A stretch of 63,577 nucleotides of DNA, filler included, from Actinomycetota bacterium (GCA_025963875.1; 7 parts of 7 records of this genome joined end to end with filler, not necessarily neighbours in it); one strand, 5' to 3'; shown: positions 1-10,635, counted from the whole stretch's first letter. Translations and numbers: made by a program. Notes: generated by a model not told the origin, from the letters alone.

Positions 1-2
1 CC

Positions 3-320
3 GCCGCCGTGCTGGCGTCGGTCGACGACGCCCACGTGGGCGTTGGCTCCGCGGTCAACAACGCGGTGGCCCGGCTCGCCGGCCTCCTGTCGGTGGCGGT
101 GCTCCCCACGCTCGTCCGCCTGCAGACGTCGCCGGCGGCCGCGCTGACGAGGGGCTTCCACGAGGCAATGCTCATCGCGGCAGCCTTCGCAGCCTCGGGG
201 GGCCTGATCGCCTACGCCACCATCCGCCGTTCGGTGCCGGCGCGAGCGACGACCCAGCCGTCGTTGCTGCAACCCTGCCACGCGCCGGAACTCGTTGCGA
301 GGGGCAAGGACGCCGCCTGA
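3..320 (+). CDS. MFS (DHA2-type) transporter, C-terminal fragment
   Basis: Open from the window edge; GSAVNNAVARLAGLLSVAVL and GFHEAMLIAAAFAASGGLIA resemble the last TM helices of 14-TM drug:H+ antiporters. Confidence 0.65.
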   Translation, partial: AAVLASVDDAHVGVGSAVNNAVARLAGLLSVAVLPTLVRLQTSPAAALTRGFHEAMLIAAAFAASGGLIAYATIRRSVPARATTQPSLLQPCHAPELVARGKDAA

Positions 321-331
321 GTCGGACCGAG

Positions 332-373
332 GTCCGGAACTTTTCGCGTGCATACACGCGTTTTTTTCCGGAC
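332..373 (+). terminator. Intrinsic terminator-like hairpin
   Basis: CGCGTG-cata-CACGCG followed by T7, nested in an outer GTCCGGAA/TTCCGGAC stem, between convergent genes. Confidence 0.6.
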
Positions 374-400
374 TTCCCGAACCCCCCTCTCTCTAGAGCT

Positions 401-1843
401 CTAGAGGCCGTAGGTCTCCAGCAGGCGCAGCCAGATCTCGCTCATCGTGGGGTATGAGGGAACGGCGTGCCAGAGGCGGTGGAGGGGAACCTCCCCCGCG
501 ACGGCGATCGTGGCGGCGTGGATCATCTCGCCGACCGCCATCCCGACGAGGGTCATCCCAACGATGACGCCGCGGTCCTCGTCCACGACCATGCGGGCGT
601 GGCCCTTGTAGCCGTCGGCGAAGAGCGAGGCCCCCGCCACGTCGCCGATCTCGTAGTCCACCGGGCGGACGTTGAGGCCGCGGGACGCCGCCTGGTCCGT
701 GGTGAGACCGACCGCACCGACCTCGGGGTCGGTGAAGATGACCTGGGGCACGCAGCCGTTGTTTGCGGTGGCGGCATGGGCGGACCACGGCGCCGGGTCG
801 ACGGGGCGGCCGGCCGCCCGGGCGGCGATGACGTCGCCACAGATCCGCGCCTGGTACTTGCCCATATGCGTGAGGAGCGCCCGGTGGTTGATGTCGCCGG
901 CCGCGTACAGCCATCCGCCGGGGACCTCGGTGACCAGCATCGTGTCGTCGACCTCCAGCCAGGTGCCGGGCTCGAGCCCGACCGTCTCGAGGCCGATGTC
1001 GGCGGTGTGGGGCTTCCGCCCCGTGGCGACGAGCAGCTCGTCGGCGACGATGGTCTCGCCGCCGGCCATCCCGAGGCTGACCCGGCCATTGCCGTCGCGT
1101 TCGACGTTGGCGGCGGTGGCGCGGAGCAGAACCTGGACGCCGCGCCCCTCCAGCGCCGATTTGACCGCCTCGCCGGCGAAGGGCTCGTTGCCGGGCAGGA
1201 GTCGCTCCCCCCGCTGGATGAGGGTGATCTCCCTCGTGCCGAGGCTGGACCAGGCGGTTGCCATCTCGCAGCCCACGACGCCGCCGCCCAGGATGGCGAG
1301 GCTGCGGGGCGCCGCCTTGGCGGACGTCGCCTCCCGGCTGGTCCAGGGCTTTGCCTCCCGGAGACCGGGCATCGGGGGCACCATCGCGGTGGTGCCGGTG
1401 GCGATGGCGACGGCGTGGCGGGCCGAGAGCTCGACGGTGCCACCTCCGGGCTGGTCGACCACGACCCGACGCTCGCCGGCGAGCCTCCCGTGGCCCCGGA
1501 TCAGGTCGATGCCGTGCTTGTCGAGCCATTGGACCTCGCTCTCGTCGTTCCATCCGTGGGCGAAGTCGTCCCTGCGCTCGAGCACGGCAGCGACATCCAG
1601 CCTGCCCGTGACCGCCTCCCTGGCGCCCCGGACGCTGCTGGCCTCGGCGACGGCCATCGGGGGCCGTAGCAGCGCCTTGCTGGGCATGCACGCCCAGTAG
1701 GAGCACTCGCCGCCGACCAACTCGGCCTCCACGACGACCGTTCGCAGCCCGGCTCTGGCGGCGCGGCCGGCGACGTTCTCGCCGGTCGGCCCGGCCCCGA
1801 TGACGATCACGTCGTAGGCCCGGTCGGTGCTCGCTTCGTCCAT
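401..1843 (-). CDS. Class I pyridine nucleotide-disulfide oxidoreductase (dihydrolipoamide dehydrogenase-like)
   Basis: GAGPTG FAD motif, redox pair [22 protein letters not shown] motif, ATGRKP, dimerisation domain ending PSYPTMSE. Confidence 0.9.
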   Translation of the reverse strand: MDEASTDRAYDVIVIGAGPTGENVAGRAARAGLRTVVVEAELVGGECSYWACMPSKALLRPPMAVAEASSVRGAREAVTGRLDVAAVLERRDDFAHGWNDESEVQWLDKHGIDLIRGHGRLAGERRVVVDQPGGGTVELSARHAVAIATGTTAMVPPMPGLREAKPWTSREATSAKAAPRSLAILGGGVVGCEMATAWSSLGTREITLIQRGERLLPGNEPFAGEAVKSALEGRGVQVLLRATAANVERDGNGRVSLGMAGGETIVADELLVATGRKPHTADIGLETVGLEPGTWLEVDDTMLVTEVPGGWLYAAGDINHRALLTHMGKYQARICGDVIAARAAGRPVDPAPWSAHAATANNGCVPQVIFTDPEVGAVGLTTDQAASRGLNVRPVDYEIGDVAGASLFADGYKGHARMVVDEDRGVIVGMTLVGMAVGEMIHAATIAVAGEVPLHRLWHAVPSYPTMSEIWLRLLETYGL

Positions 1844-1977
1844 GGGTAAACCTCCGGTAGCGGCGCTCGTCGGGGACGTCCGATGGTGCCCCAGCCCTGC
1901 AGGCGGGGGACGTCCGAAACAACCTTCGGGAAAGCAGCAGAATAGGCAGATCAGGAACAGTCAGGGAAGGAGCCGGG

Positions 1978-2283
1978 ATGCAGTTTGAGACGGTGACCAA
2001 GAAGATCGACCTTGCCGAGGGCGAAGTAGCCGCCTACGACGTGTGCGAGACCTGGGTGGGCCTTGCGGAGGTGGACGGCGAGGTCTACGCCATCGGGGAC
2101 CTGTGCAGCCACGCCGGCTGTTCGCTGGGGAAGGGGGAGCTCGAGGGCACCACGGTCACGTGCTCGTGTCACGGCTCACAGTTCGACGTCACGACCGGCG
2201 AGGTGGTGAGGGGCCCGGCCACCGAGCCGGTGCCGAGCTACCGGGTCAAGATCGAGCGGGGCGTCGTCTACGTCGAGATCTGA
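1978..2283 (+). CDS. Rieske-type [2Fe-2S] ferredoxin
   Basis: CSH...CSCHGSQF Rieske motifs, GPA-PV; AAGGAG SD upstream. Confidence 0.9.
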   Translation: MQFETVTKKIDLAEGEVAAYDVCETWVGLAEVDGEVYAIGDLCSHAGCSLGKGELEGTTVTCSCHGSQFDVTTGEVVRGPATEPVPSYRVKIERGVVYVEI

Positions 2284-2286
2284 GGT

Positions 2287-3285
2287 TCAGGCGGGACGGT
2301 AGGCGACCACCCAGTCCACCTGCAGGTTGACGTGGTCGGGGGTGGAGGCGTCGGGGCAGGGCGTCTCCACCTGCCCGCAGGTGCCGGCCTGGGTCTGGAT
2401 GTCCATCTCCATCGGCTGCGCGGGCACTTGCGGGCTTGAGAGGGTGTCCCACACGGTGCCGTCGAGGGTGTAGACGAGGCGGCCGGGGCTCCACTCCACA
2501 CCGACGGTGTGCCACCTGCTGAAATCGGCCTTCACCGACCGGGCGATCTGTGCGTCGCTGCTCCCGTAGTGAAGGGTCGCGGTGGTCTCGCTGCGGTTGC
2601 CGCCGCCGTCCTCCGCGAAGTCGATCTCCGGGGGCCAGTCGCCGCTGCTCGGCCAGAGCAGCACGACGCCGGCGATCCCGTAGCCGGGGTCCATCCGGAA
2701 CCGGACCAGGTACTTGCCGTAGGTCTGCTTGAGCGCCCTGGCGCTGGAGAGGCCGCCCGAGACCCACCGGTTGCCGAAAGAGGAGTCCCGGTAGGTCTGC
2801 AGCTCGAGCATGCCATCGTGGACCACCACGTGGGAAGGGTCCCACAGGCCGCCGGGGTCGCCACCGGGCGTGCCGGTATAGGTGCCCCAGGCCCCGGCGT
2901 CGAGGGCCGATCCGTTGAAGTCGTCCGAGAAGACCCTCTTCCAGCCGGGGAGGTCGCCCAGGGGAATGGCGACGCCGGACGGCCCGACGGCCGGGCTGGT
3001 CGGTGGCGGTGGCGAGGTCTTCCGCGACGGGGTCGGCGTGGGATGGGAACTCGTGGTCGCGCTCGGGGCTGGCGTAGGGCTGGGAGTCGGGGACGGCGTC
3101 GCGCTCTCGGTGGGAGTCGGGGGCCCGGTCGGACTGGGTGCCACCTCTGGCGAGTGTCGGGGAATGGGGCGCCGCGCAGGATGGCGGCCTACGCCGGAGA
3201 GCAGCACGACGCCCGCGGCGAAGACGATGACCAGGGCAATGACGGCGGCGACCTTCCAACCCGGGGGTCCGGGAGCGCTTGGCAT
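2287..3285 (-). CDS. Membrane-anchored GH16 glycoside hydrolase with Pro/Thr/Ser linker
   Basis: N-terminal TM helix, PTPSP linker, FSDDFNG, catalytic WPPEIDFAE (ExDxxE), VDWVVAY; start chosen at ATG 3285. Confidence 0.85.
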   Translation of the reverse strand: MPSAPGPPGWKVAAVIALVIVFAAGVVLLSGVGRHPARRPIPRHSPEVAPSPTGPPTPTESATPSPTPSPTPAPSATTSSHPTPTPSRKTSPPPPTSPAVGPSGVAIPLGDLPGWKRVFSDDFNGSALDAGAWGTYTGTPGGDPGGLWDPSHVVVHDGMLELQTYRDSSFGNRWVSGGLSSARALKQTYGKYLVRFRMDPGYGIAGVVLLWPSSGDWPPEIDFAEDGGGNRSETTATLHYGSSDAQIARSVKADFSRWHTVGVEWSPGRLVYTLDGTVWDTLSSPQVPAQPMEMDIQTQAGTCGQVETPCPDASTPDHVNLQVDWVVAYRPA

Positions 3286-3340
3286 GCACCCATTTGAACA
3301 GGTTCCGCTGCGGTAGCTCTCGGTCGCTCTCAGCGGGCAC

Positions 3341-3798
3341 TCAGCCCATCTTGTAGGCGACAACCCAGTCGACCTGCATGCTGACGTGGGCAGGCGTCGT
3401 GGCGTCCGCGCAGGGGTTCCAGTCGTCGCCACACGTGCCCGCCTGGGTCTGCAGGTCCATCTCCATCGGCACGGCCGGCACGTTGGCGTTGGCCACGGTG
3501 GCCCAGACTGCGCCGTCCAGCGTGTAGACGAGGTGGCCGGGGGTCCACTCGACCCCGATGGTGTGCCACTGGCTGAAGTCCGCAGCGACGGAGCGCTGGA
3601 CCTGGTCGTTGGCGGATCCGTAATGCAGGGTGGCGGAGGTGTTGCTCCGGTTGCCTCCACCGTCCTCGGCGAAGTCGATCTCGGGCGGCCATCCACCGTT
3701 GGACGGCCAGAGGAGAGCGATGCCGGCGATCCCCTTGCCCTTGTCCATGCGGAACCGGACCAGGTACTTGCCGAAGGTCTGCTTGAGCGCCCTGGCGC
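3341..3798 (-). CDS. Second GH16 glycoside hydrolase, C-terminal part (truncated by contig end)
   Basis: [32 protein letters not shown]; very similar to the adjacent gene. Confidence 0.85.
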
Positions 3799-3898
3799 NN
3801 NNNNNNNNNNNNNNNNNNNNNNNNNNNNNNNNNNNNNNNNNNTTAATTAATTAANNNNNNNNNNNNNNNNNNNNNNNNNNNNNNNNNNNNNNNNNNNN
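3799..3898. other. Artificial contig linker
   Basis: N44-TTAATTAATTAA-N44, stops in all six frames. Confidence 0.98.
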
Positions 3899-3978
3899 AG
3901 CATCTCCGACAAAGACCGCCGCTCCGTCGCATCGGGGCGTGCGCCAAGGGCCGGTGCAAGAAGCCGGTCAACGGTCAT
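3899..3978 (-). CDS. 5' start of a further gene in the cyd operon (truncated)
   Basis: ATG overlaps the stop of the upstream small ORF (ATGA at 3975-3978); reads MTVDRLLAPALG to the contig end. Confidence 0.35.
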
Positions 3979-4211
3979 CGATCTCCTGCCCTCGCACGGC
4001 GCCGGTCCCGCCGCTCGCCCCACCACCACGCCCAAGCGGCGAACATGGACAGCGCGGCGATCCCGAGGAGGTTGCCGATCCCGCTGTAGCCGCCAAGGGA
4101 ATCGATGGAGACCATGACGAACAGCGCCCCGAGCGGAATGAGGGCAAGGGCAGAGAGCACCCGGAGTGTCCTGGATCTGCGGTACCAGCGGACGAGTGGG
4201 TTTGTGTTCAT
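3975..4211 (-). CDS. Small 2-TM membrane protein (78 aa) coupled to cydB
   Basis: ATG overlaps the cydB TGA (ATGA at 4208-4211), GGAGG SD inside cydB 3' end, two hydrophobic segments, basic tail. Confidence 0.6.
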   Translation of the reverse strand: MNTNPLVRWYRRSRTLRVLSALALIPLGALFVMVSIDSLGGYSGIGNLLGIAALSMFAAWAWWWGERRDRRRARAGDR

Positions 4212-5212
4212 GGTTGGACGACCTCCCTCGGCAGGCGCAGCTTGCCCCTGAACACCCAATAGGCGTAGGTGTTGTAGGCGAAGATGGCCGGCATGCAGAG
4301 CCCCACGCCGATCAGCAGGAAGTTCAGCGAGCCTACCGGTGACGCCGCCTCGTGCACCGTGATGTTCGGCGGCACCACGTACGGGTACAGCAGACCGAGA
4401 AGCAGCAACAGGCCGCCGGCGTAGATGGCGAGCGCGCCGTACACCGGCCCGCGATCGGGGTGCCGGCCGAAGGAGCGGTAGGTGACCGCCAAGCCCCCGA
4501 CGAGCACGGCGGCTCCGATGATCCAGACCGGAAGGCGCACCGGGCCGGTCGTCGCCAGCGTGGTCGTCCCGGCGGCCGGCAGGAGTGCCCAGCAGGGTGC
4601 GACGGCGACGGCAAGCACAATCGTCAGGGATCGGCCCGCACGGACGACGCCCTGCTGCAGGTCCCCGTCAAACTTGAGGTACATCCATGCAGCGCCGGCC
4701 AGCATGTAGAGCGCGGTCGCGGTCAGCGCAGTGAGGACCGCGTACCCGCCGTGAAGGAACGAGAACGGCCCGCCGGCGAAGGTCGCTCCGTTCGTCTTGA
4801 CCCCGGCCACGAGGCCACCAAAGGCCGCACCCTGGCAGAGCGCCGCCACAAGGGAGCCGAGCCCGAAGGCGCCCCCCCACCCGCGCCGCCAGGTGGGGTA
4901 CTGATCCAGGACTTCGATGGAAATGCCGCGCCAGATGAGCGCGAACAGCATGAGGATGAGCGGGATGTAGACAGCCGGGGAGGCGAGGCCGTACGCGAGA
5001 GGCAGCCCGCCGAAGGCCGCGACGGCGAGGAGGACGATCCACGATTCGTTGCCGTCCCAGGCCCGTGCGACCAGGGCGTGCATCTCCTCCCGGCTCCGGT
5101 CATCGCGCTCGAAGAGGGTGAAGACGCCGATGCCGAGGTCGTAGCCGTCGAGCACCACGTACATCACGAGCGCCAGGGTGATGAAGATCATCCACACGTC
5201 GGACGCATGCAC
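4208..5212 (-). CDS. cydB: Cytochrome bd ubiquinol oxidase subunit II
   Basis: YVVLDGYDLGIG, WDGNESW, C-terminal YWVFRGK. Confidence 0.95.
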   Translation of the reverse strand: MHASDVWMIFITLALVMYVVLDGYDLGIGVFTLFERDDRSREEMHALVARAWDGNESWIVLLAVAAFGGLPLAYGLASPAVYIPLILMLFALIWRGISIEVLDQYPTWRRGWGGAFGLGSLVAALCQGAAFGGLVAGVKTNGATFAGGPFSFLHGGYAVLTALTATALYMLAGAAWMYLKFDGDLQQGVVRAGRSLTIVLAVAVAPCWALLPAAGTTTLATTGPVRLPVWIIGAAVLVGGLAVTYRSFGRHPDRGPVYGALAIYAGGLLLLLGLLYPYVVPPNITVHEAASPVGSLNFLLIGVGLCMPAIFAYNTYAYWVFRGKLRLPREVVQP

Positions 5213-6601
5213 CTATGTCGCCTCCCTTCGCCCTGCAACGGCCGGATGGGACGGGACCAGCACGCGCCCGGCATCGGGGTCCTCGGCTCCCTCGGGGCCC
5301 TGGCGAACCACCCGGACGACGTAGTAGATGTAGGCGCCGACCAGGGACCCGTAGACGACGGTGAAGAGGCTCAACGATCCCACCACCGGCCAGGTGTGAA
5401 GAGGCGAGACCGCGTCGGCTGTCAGCAGCTTGCCGTAGACGATCCATGGCTGGCGGCCGGTCTCGGCCAGCACCCAGCCACCGATGATCGCCAGGACGCC
5501 CATGGGCAGCGACACCAGCACCAGTCGGTGGAACCACCTCGCCGTGTACAGCCGGCCTCGGAGCCGGAGGACGACGCCCATCATCGCTGCGGCGAACATA
5601 ACCAGGGAGCCATAGAACATGACGCGGAAGCCGTAGAAGGTCGCCAGCACGTTGGGCCGAAGTGCAGGCGGAGTCAGGAGGAGCCCCGGTGTCGGCGTCC
5701 TGCCGGTCCAGTCGTTGGCGATCGCGCTGCCGAGCCAGGGGATCGTCACGGTGAGGTCGTTCTTCGCGGCTGGCTGGTCGGGGATGACGACGGCGATCCA
5801 GCCGGTGTTCGTCGAGGTCCAGTTGCCCTCGAGCGCCTCGAGCTTCGGCATCTGGTACTTCTCGATGTACTGCACTGCGACGGTGTCACCCAGGTACATC
5901 TGCACCGGCAGGAGGATCGCGGCGCTCCCGATCGCGATGGAGAGCCCCCGGCGGGCCACCTCGAGATGGCGGTCCTTGATGAGATACCAGGCCGAGATCC
6001 CTGCGATCATGAAGGCGGCGGACACGAGCACCCCGGCGAGCATGTGCGCCACCCGCCAGCCGAACGACGGGTTGAAGATCACGTGCCACCAGTTGGCCGG
6101 CTGGAACTGACCATTGGTGAGCACGTAGCCGGCGGGCGTCTGCATCCAGGAGTTGGCCGCCAGGATCCATGTCACCGACAGGATGGTTCCGAGGCAGACC
6201 ATGCAGGCCGAGAGGAGCATCACCCTCTGGCTGACGCGGCCGTCGCCGTAGACGAGGAGCCCGAGGAAAGCTGCCTCCAGGAAGAAGGCGGTCACCACTT
6301 CCATCCCGACGATCGGACCGACGATCGGACCGACGTCGTGCGCGAACCGGCCCCAGTTCAGGCCGAACTCAAACGTGAGCACGATCCCCGAGACGACGCC
6401 GAGTGCGAACCCGATCCCGAAGATCCGGCGCCAGAAGCGGAACATGCGCAGGTAGACCGCCTGCTTCGTCCGCATGTACGCGCCGTAGCAGACGATGAGG
6501 AAGACGCTCGTGCCCACCGTCACGGCCGGAAACGTCATGTGGAAGGAGGCGGTCAGCGCCCACTGCCAGCGTGAGAGCTCAACGAGCGCGCTCTGACTCA
6601 T
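5213..6601 (-). CDS. cydA: Cytochrome bd ubiquinol oxidase subunit I (short Q-loop type)
   Basis: LSRWQWALTASFH, FEFGLNW, FFLEA, ANSWMQTPAG, PKLEALEG, FRVM, ETGRQPW; GGAGGAGG SD before ATG 6601. Confidence 0.95.
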   Translation of the reverse strand: MSQSALVELSRWQWALTASFHMTFPAVTVGTSVFLIVCYGAYMRTKQAVYLRMFRFWRRIFGIGFALGVVSGIVLTFEFGLNWGRFAHDVGPIVGPIVGMEVVTAFFLEAAFLGLLVYGDGRVSQRVMLLSACMVCLGTILSVTWILAANSWMQTPAGYVLTNGQFQPANWWHVIFNPSFGWRVAHMLAGVLVSAAFMIAGISAWYLIKDRHLEVARRGLSIAIGSAAILLPVQMYLGDTVAVQYIEKYQMPKLEALEGNWTSTNTGWIAVVIPDQPAAKNDLTVTIPWLGSAIANDWTGRTPTPGLLLTPPALRPNVLATFYGFRVMFYGSLVMFAAAMMGVVLRLRGRLYTARWFHRLVLVSLPMGVLAIIGGWVLAETGRQPWIVYGKLLTADAVSPLHTWPVVGSLSLFTVVYGSLVGAYIYYVVRVVRQGPEGAEDPDAGRVLVPSHPAVAGRREAT

Positions 6602-6847
6602 CTGTCCTCCTCCCCGGCTGCCCATCGAACGATGACAGCGGAAGGGAGGTGATCGCATTGCCGCTAGCCGGAAGTTGCCAGACCCGCTAACCCCCAAATC
6701 GAGTTGGCGGCCGCCACAGATGCAATGGCACCGGCCCGGCGAATGCATGCGGGAGACAATCGTTCTCCGCCAGGTGAGGAAGAAATGACGCGTCCACGCG
6801 TGATCTTTACCTCAGTTCTTAGGCCTGGCGGCAGGGCAGCCCATGCC

Positions 6848-7675
6848 TCACAGGCGAGCTATGCCCACGAGGGCGCGTCCGGGCACCGTGAGGCCGTCGG
6901 CGGTCCGGTGCGCGTCGATGAGCTGGGCGGCCGTCTTCCGAACGGCGACACGGGTGCTTTCGGGTGCGGCGGCGAGGGCGGCGGCCAGCGGCGAGGCGAG
7001 GGAGATGACGGTGTCGAAGTGTTCGTCGGTGTCGGTGAAGCTGGCCTCGGTTTCCACCTCACGCACGGCGACGTCGGCGAAGCCGCTGTCGCGAATCAGC
7101 CGCTGGAGCTTGATGGGGTCGGCGAGTGAGAACGGCCCGCCTGGACCAGTCGGCGGGCCGCCGGAGACCAGACCGTGCATCATGGCAGCCATGCCGACGG
7201 AGGTAAGCCACGGGTTGTGCTGTGGGCCGGCCCAACAGGCGACCCCCAGCCGGCCGCCGGACCTGAGCACCCGGTGACACTCCTGAAGAACCTGCTCCGG
7301 TTCGGCCACGAGCATCAGCCCCATGCGGAACACAACGATGTCGAAGCTGCCGTCGGGCAGGTCGATCCGGCGCGCGTCGATCTGGGCCACCCTGATGTTC
7401 GCCGTGCCGGTGAGGGTCCGCCGGAGGAGCTCGACCATGCCGGGGGCGACATCGGTCGCGAGCACGCTGCCGGTGGGCCCGACCTGCTCGCCCAGCCGGA
7501 GGGCGAGCTCACCCGTGCCGGCGCCGAGCTCGAGCACGTGCTCGCCCGGACGGATTGCCAATCCGGCAGTCAGGTCGTGCGTAAGCTTTGCCTTCATCGT
7601 CTCGATGTGGTGGCGGTGTTCGTCCCACGAGGAGGCGACGTCGGTCCAGTCGAAGGTGTCACTGGCGATCGTCAT
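6848..7675 (-). CDS. Class I SAM-dependent methyltransferase (UbiE-like)
   Basis: VLELGAGTG, ATDVAPGM, FDIVVFRMGLM, RVLRSGG. Confidence 0.85.
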   Translation of the reverse strand: MTIASDTFDWTDVASSWDEHRHHIETMKAKLTHDLTAGLAIRPGEHVLELGAGTGELALRLGEQVGPTGSVLATDVAPGMVELLRRTLTGTANIRVAQIDARRIDLPDGSFDIVVFRMGLMLVAEPEQVLQECHRVLRSGGRLGVACWAGPQHNPWLTSVGMAAMMHGLVSGGPPTGPGGPFSLADPIKLQRLIRDSGFADVAVREVETEASFTDTDEHFDTVISLASPLAAALAAAPESTRVAVRKTAAQLIDAHRTADGLTVPGRALVGIARL

Positions 7676-7735
7676 GGCCCGAGCCCCTATCCGATAGAGT
7701 GTTCATGGAACGAATACTGAACAGGTGTAACTGAT

Positions 7736-8398
7736 ATGGTGGAGACTGTCAAGGGCCAGCGACGTTATGACTCGTCGTGGCGCAAGGAACAGGCCCGGGC
7801 CACGCAGCGCGCGGTCCTGCGGTCAGCGCACGACCTGTTCGTCAGCCAGGGCTACGGGCGGACGACAATGGTGGACGTCGCCCGGGCGGCCGGAGTCTCC
7901 GTGGAGACGGTCTACGGCGCTTTTCGCAACAAGGCGACGCTGCTGCACCGCGTCTGGGACGTCACGATCGGTGGAGATGACGAGGAAATCAAGTACCACG
8001 AGCGGCCCGAGGTGCAGGCCCTGCTTGCCGAGCCCGACCTTGCCCGCCGGCTCGCGGCACAGGCCGCACTGTTCACCGCGACCGCCCACCGGATCGTCCC
8101 GCTCATCCTTGCCATCCAGGGCGCCGCAGCCAGTGAATCGGCCGCCGCCGACATGCTCGCGGAGATCGGCCGCCAACGCCTCGCCGGGATGGGCGTCATG
8201 GCCCGCGCAGCCGCCGCGACGGGACACCTCGCAGTCTCAGAACAGGAGTGTCGCGACATTCTGTGGGCCACGACCGATGGCATGCTCTGGCAGCACCTCG
8301 TCAACAACCTCGCCTGGGGCGACCACCAGTTCGAGGCCTGGCTGGGCGCGATGTGGACTCGCATGTTGGTTGCAAGCGACAACGCCGAACAGGCATAG
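7736..8398 (+). CDS. TetR/AcrR family regulator, divergent from the methyltransferase
   Basis: HTH GYGRTTMVDVARAAGVSVETVYGAFRNKATL. Confidence 0.9.
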   Translation: MVETVKGQRRYDSSWRKEQARATQRAVLRSAHDLFVSQGYGRTTMVDVARAAGVSVETVYGAFRNKATLLHRVWDVTIGGDDEEIKYHERPEVQALLAEPDLARRLAAQAALFTATAHRIVPLILAIQGAAASESAAADMLAEIGRQRLAGMGVMARAAAATGHLAVSEQECRDILWATTDGMLWQHLVNNLAWGDHQFEAWLGAMWTRMLVASDNAEQA

Positions 8399-8539
8399 GG
8401 CGTAGCTGAAAGGAATCGACCGGTCCACGCTCACCTCTGACGCGCGAATGGCCGGCCGGGCTGACGGGCGCGAGATCCAGATTGTGTCGACCAGACACGT
8501 CAAGCGGCCGAGCGCGTGCGGTGATATCAATACACGATC

Positions 8540-9284
8540 ATGCGGCTGCTGGCGGTGCTGGCACATCCCGACGACGAATCTATGGGGACCGGCGGGACGC
8601 TCTACCGGCACGCCACGGCGGGGGTCGACGTCCACCTCCTGTGCGTGACCCGAGGCGGCGAAGGCTGGCAGGGCAAGCCTCCCGGCGCGACGAAGGAGGA
8701 CCTGCCGCGCATCCGGACCCGGGAGCTTGAGGAGGCAGGCAAGGCTCTCGGGCTCGCTGCCGTGGAGCTCTGGGACTATCCCGACGGCGAGGTGGGGGAC
8801 TGCGACCAGGCGGAGATCACGAGCCGGATCGCGGAGAGCATACGGTCCCTTGCCCCGGCGGCCGTCCTGGGCTGGGGACCCGACGGCGGCTACGGCCATC
8901 CCGACCACATGCGGCGTCGGTGCCTGCACCGACGCCGCCGTGGCCTCGATCGACGAGGACCGCCGTCCGGCCCTGTACCACATGGCCTTCGACGAGCAGT
9001 TGGCCCAAGCCTACCGTGAGGTCATCGCTTTGGCGGGGGAGGATGGGGGGCTACCGGTCGTGTCGTTCCCCGACGTCGGGCCTGTCTTCGAACTCGATGC
9101 CAGAGAGCTGCAGGTGAAGGTGCAGGCCATCGACTCTCACGAGAGCCAGGTCGAAGATTGGAGGATCGCCATGAAGAGCATGCCCGACCTACTCGCGCGT
9201 GCCTACGCCCGGGAGTCCTACGTTCCCGTCTCCGGCGGTGCGCGGCATCTCGGCCCGACCGGGCTGCTCGTGGAGCTGTCATGA
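8540..9284 (+). pseudogene. PIG-L/LmbE family deacetylase, frameshifted near 8910
   Basis: AHPDDE and GYGHPDH in one frame; the continuation GVGACTDAAV...KVQAIDSHESQ is in another frame, whose stop overlaps the next ATG. Confidence 0.75.
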
Positions 9285-10459
9285 ACCAGCCCGTCGGGGA
9301 GACGATCCTCGAGATCCAGCGAAGCCTGGAGGCCTTCCTGAACTGCTACCGCACGTACCTTGCGATCGCCACCGACCCCGACGCCTGCGACTTCGTCTTC
9401 GGGAATCCCCACGAGATGCCGCTGCCGGAGATCGGCGACGCCATCGCCCGGTGGGCCGCGCCGCGGTCGGAGCGATGGTTCGAGTACAAGGGCAGCGAGC
9501 CGGCCACGGTGGCAGCGGTCGGCAGGTCGCTGCGCTCCCGGGTGGGGATCGAGTTCGACGCAGCGGACATCGCCATGACCACGGGGGCCTTCGGGGCCAT
9601 CGCCGCCACGTTGCGGGCGATCGTGGACGCCGGCGACGAGGTCATCTACCTTTCACCGCCGTGGTTCTTCTATCCCCAGATGATCATGACCCTCGGTGCC
9701 ACACCGCTGCGCGTCGACCTTCCGTCGCCCACCTTCGAACTCCCCTTGGCGGCGATCGAGGCGGCGATCACCCCCAGAACCCGGGCGATCATCGTGAACT
9801 CGCCCCACAACCCAACGGGGCGCATCCTCCAGCCCTCCGAGCTGACCGGCCTGGCGGAGGTCCTCGACCGGGCCTCCGAGCGCAGCGGCAGGCCCGTCTA
9901 CCTTGTGTCCGACGAGTCCTACAGCCGGATCCTCTTCGACGGCGAGCCGTTCCACAGCCCGGTGAGGTTCTACGACCGGTCCTTCCTCATCTACACCTAC
10001 GGGAAGACGCTGCTTGCGCCCGGCCAGCGCCTCGGCTACGTCGCCATCCCTCCCACGATGCCGGACCGGCCCGCGCTGCGCAACGCGATCCTCGTGGCGC
10101 AGGTCGTGACCGGCTACCAGTTCCCCAACGCCGTGATGCAGTACGCGCTTGAGGACCTCGACAAGGCGAGCATCGACATCGCCGCCCTGCAGCGGCGCCG
10201 GGACCGGGTGCTCAGCGTCCTGGGGGACATGGGGTACGAGACGGTCCGTCCGGGAGGCACCTTCTACGTCCTTGTCCGGTCCCCGGTAGCCGACGACGTG
10301 GCATTCGCCGCCCTGCTGGCCGAGCACGACGTGTACGTGCTGCCCGGTGCGGCGTTCGAGCTGCCCGGGTGGTTCCGGATCTCGCTGACCGCTAACGACG
10401 CCATGGTGGAGCGTGCCCTGCCGGGCTTCCAGGCTGCCTTCAAAGCGGCAACAGGGTAG
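9281..10459 (+). CDS. PLP-dependent aminotransferase class I/II
   Basis: NSPHNPTG, SDESY, YTYGKT (PLP Lys), GQRLGY, WFRISL; ATGA-coupled to the PIG-L gene. Confidence 0.9.
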   Translation: MNQPVGETILEIQRSLEAFLNCYRTYLAIATDPDACDFVFGNPHEMPLPEIGDAIARWAAPRSERWFEYKGSEPATVAAVGRSLRSRVGIEFDAADIAMTTGAFGAIAATLRAIVDAGDEVIYLSPPWFFYPQMIMTLGATPLRVDLPSPTFELPLAAIEAAITPRTRAIIVNSPHNPTGRILQPSELTGLAEVLDRASERSGRPVYLVSDESYSRILFDGEPFHSPVRFYDRSFLIYTYGKTLLAPGQRLGYVAIPPTMPDRPALRNAILVAQVVTGYQFPNAVMQYALEDLDKASIDIAALQRRRDRVLSVLGDMGYETVRPGGTFYVLVRSPVADDVAFAALLAEHDVYVLPGAAFELPGWFRISLTANDAMVERALPGFQAAFKAATG

Positions 10460-10469
10460 GTCTGGTCCA

Positions 10470-10545
10470 ACCCGCCAGCGCTTTCTGAGCGCCGACCCCA
10501 GGCCCCCCTCGGACAGGATCGCGGGGTGAATCCCGCGCGACACTC
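10470..10545 (-). pseudogene. Short relic of a NarX/HisKA_3-type sensor kinase
   Basis: Translates to VSRGIHPAILSEGGLGSAL, like the RGxHPxxLxxxGL segment of actinobacterial kinases; no flanking kinase sequence. Confidence 0.45.
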
Positions 10546-10635
10546 GCAGTGGTCGACCCGCAGTTTTTTATGCCGCGCACTGGAGGCGAGTTGTCATGAG
10601 TGGCGGCCTTCGGTCCTCGACGATGACCGCTGAGA

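Noticed and set aside
401..1843. Mercuric reductase
   Set aside because: No C-terminal Cys-Cys pair, no NmerA domain and no mer genes
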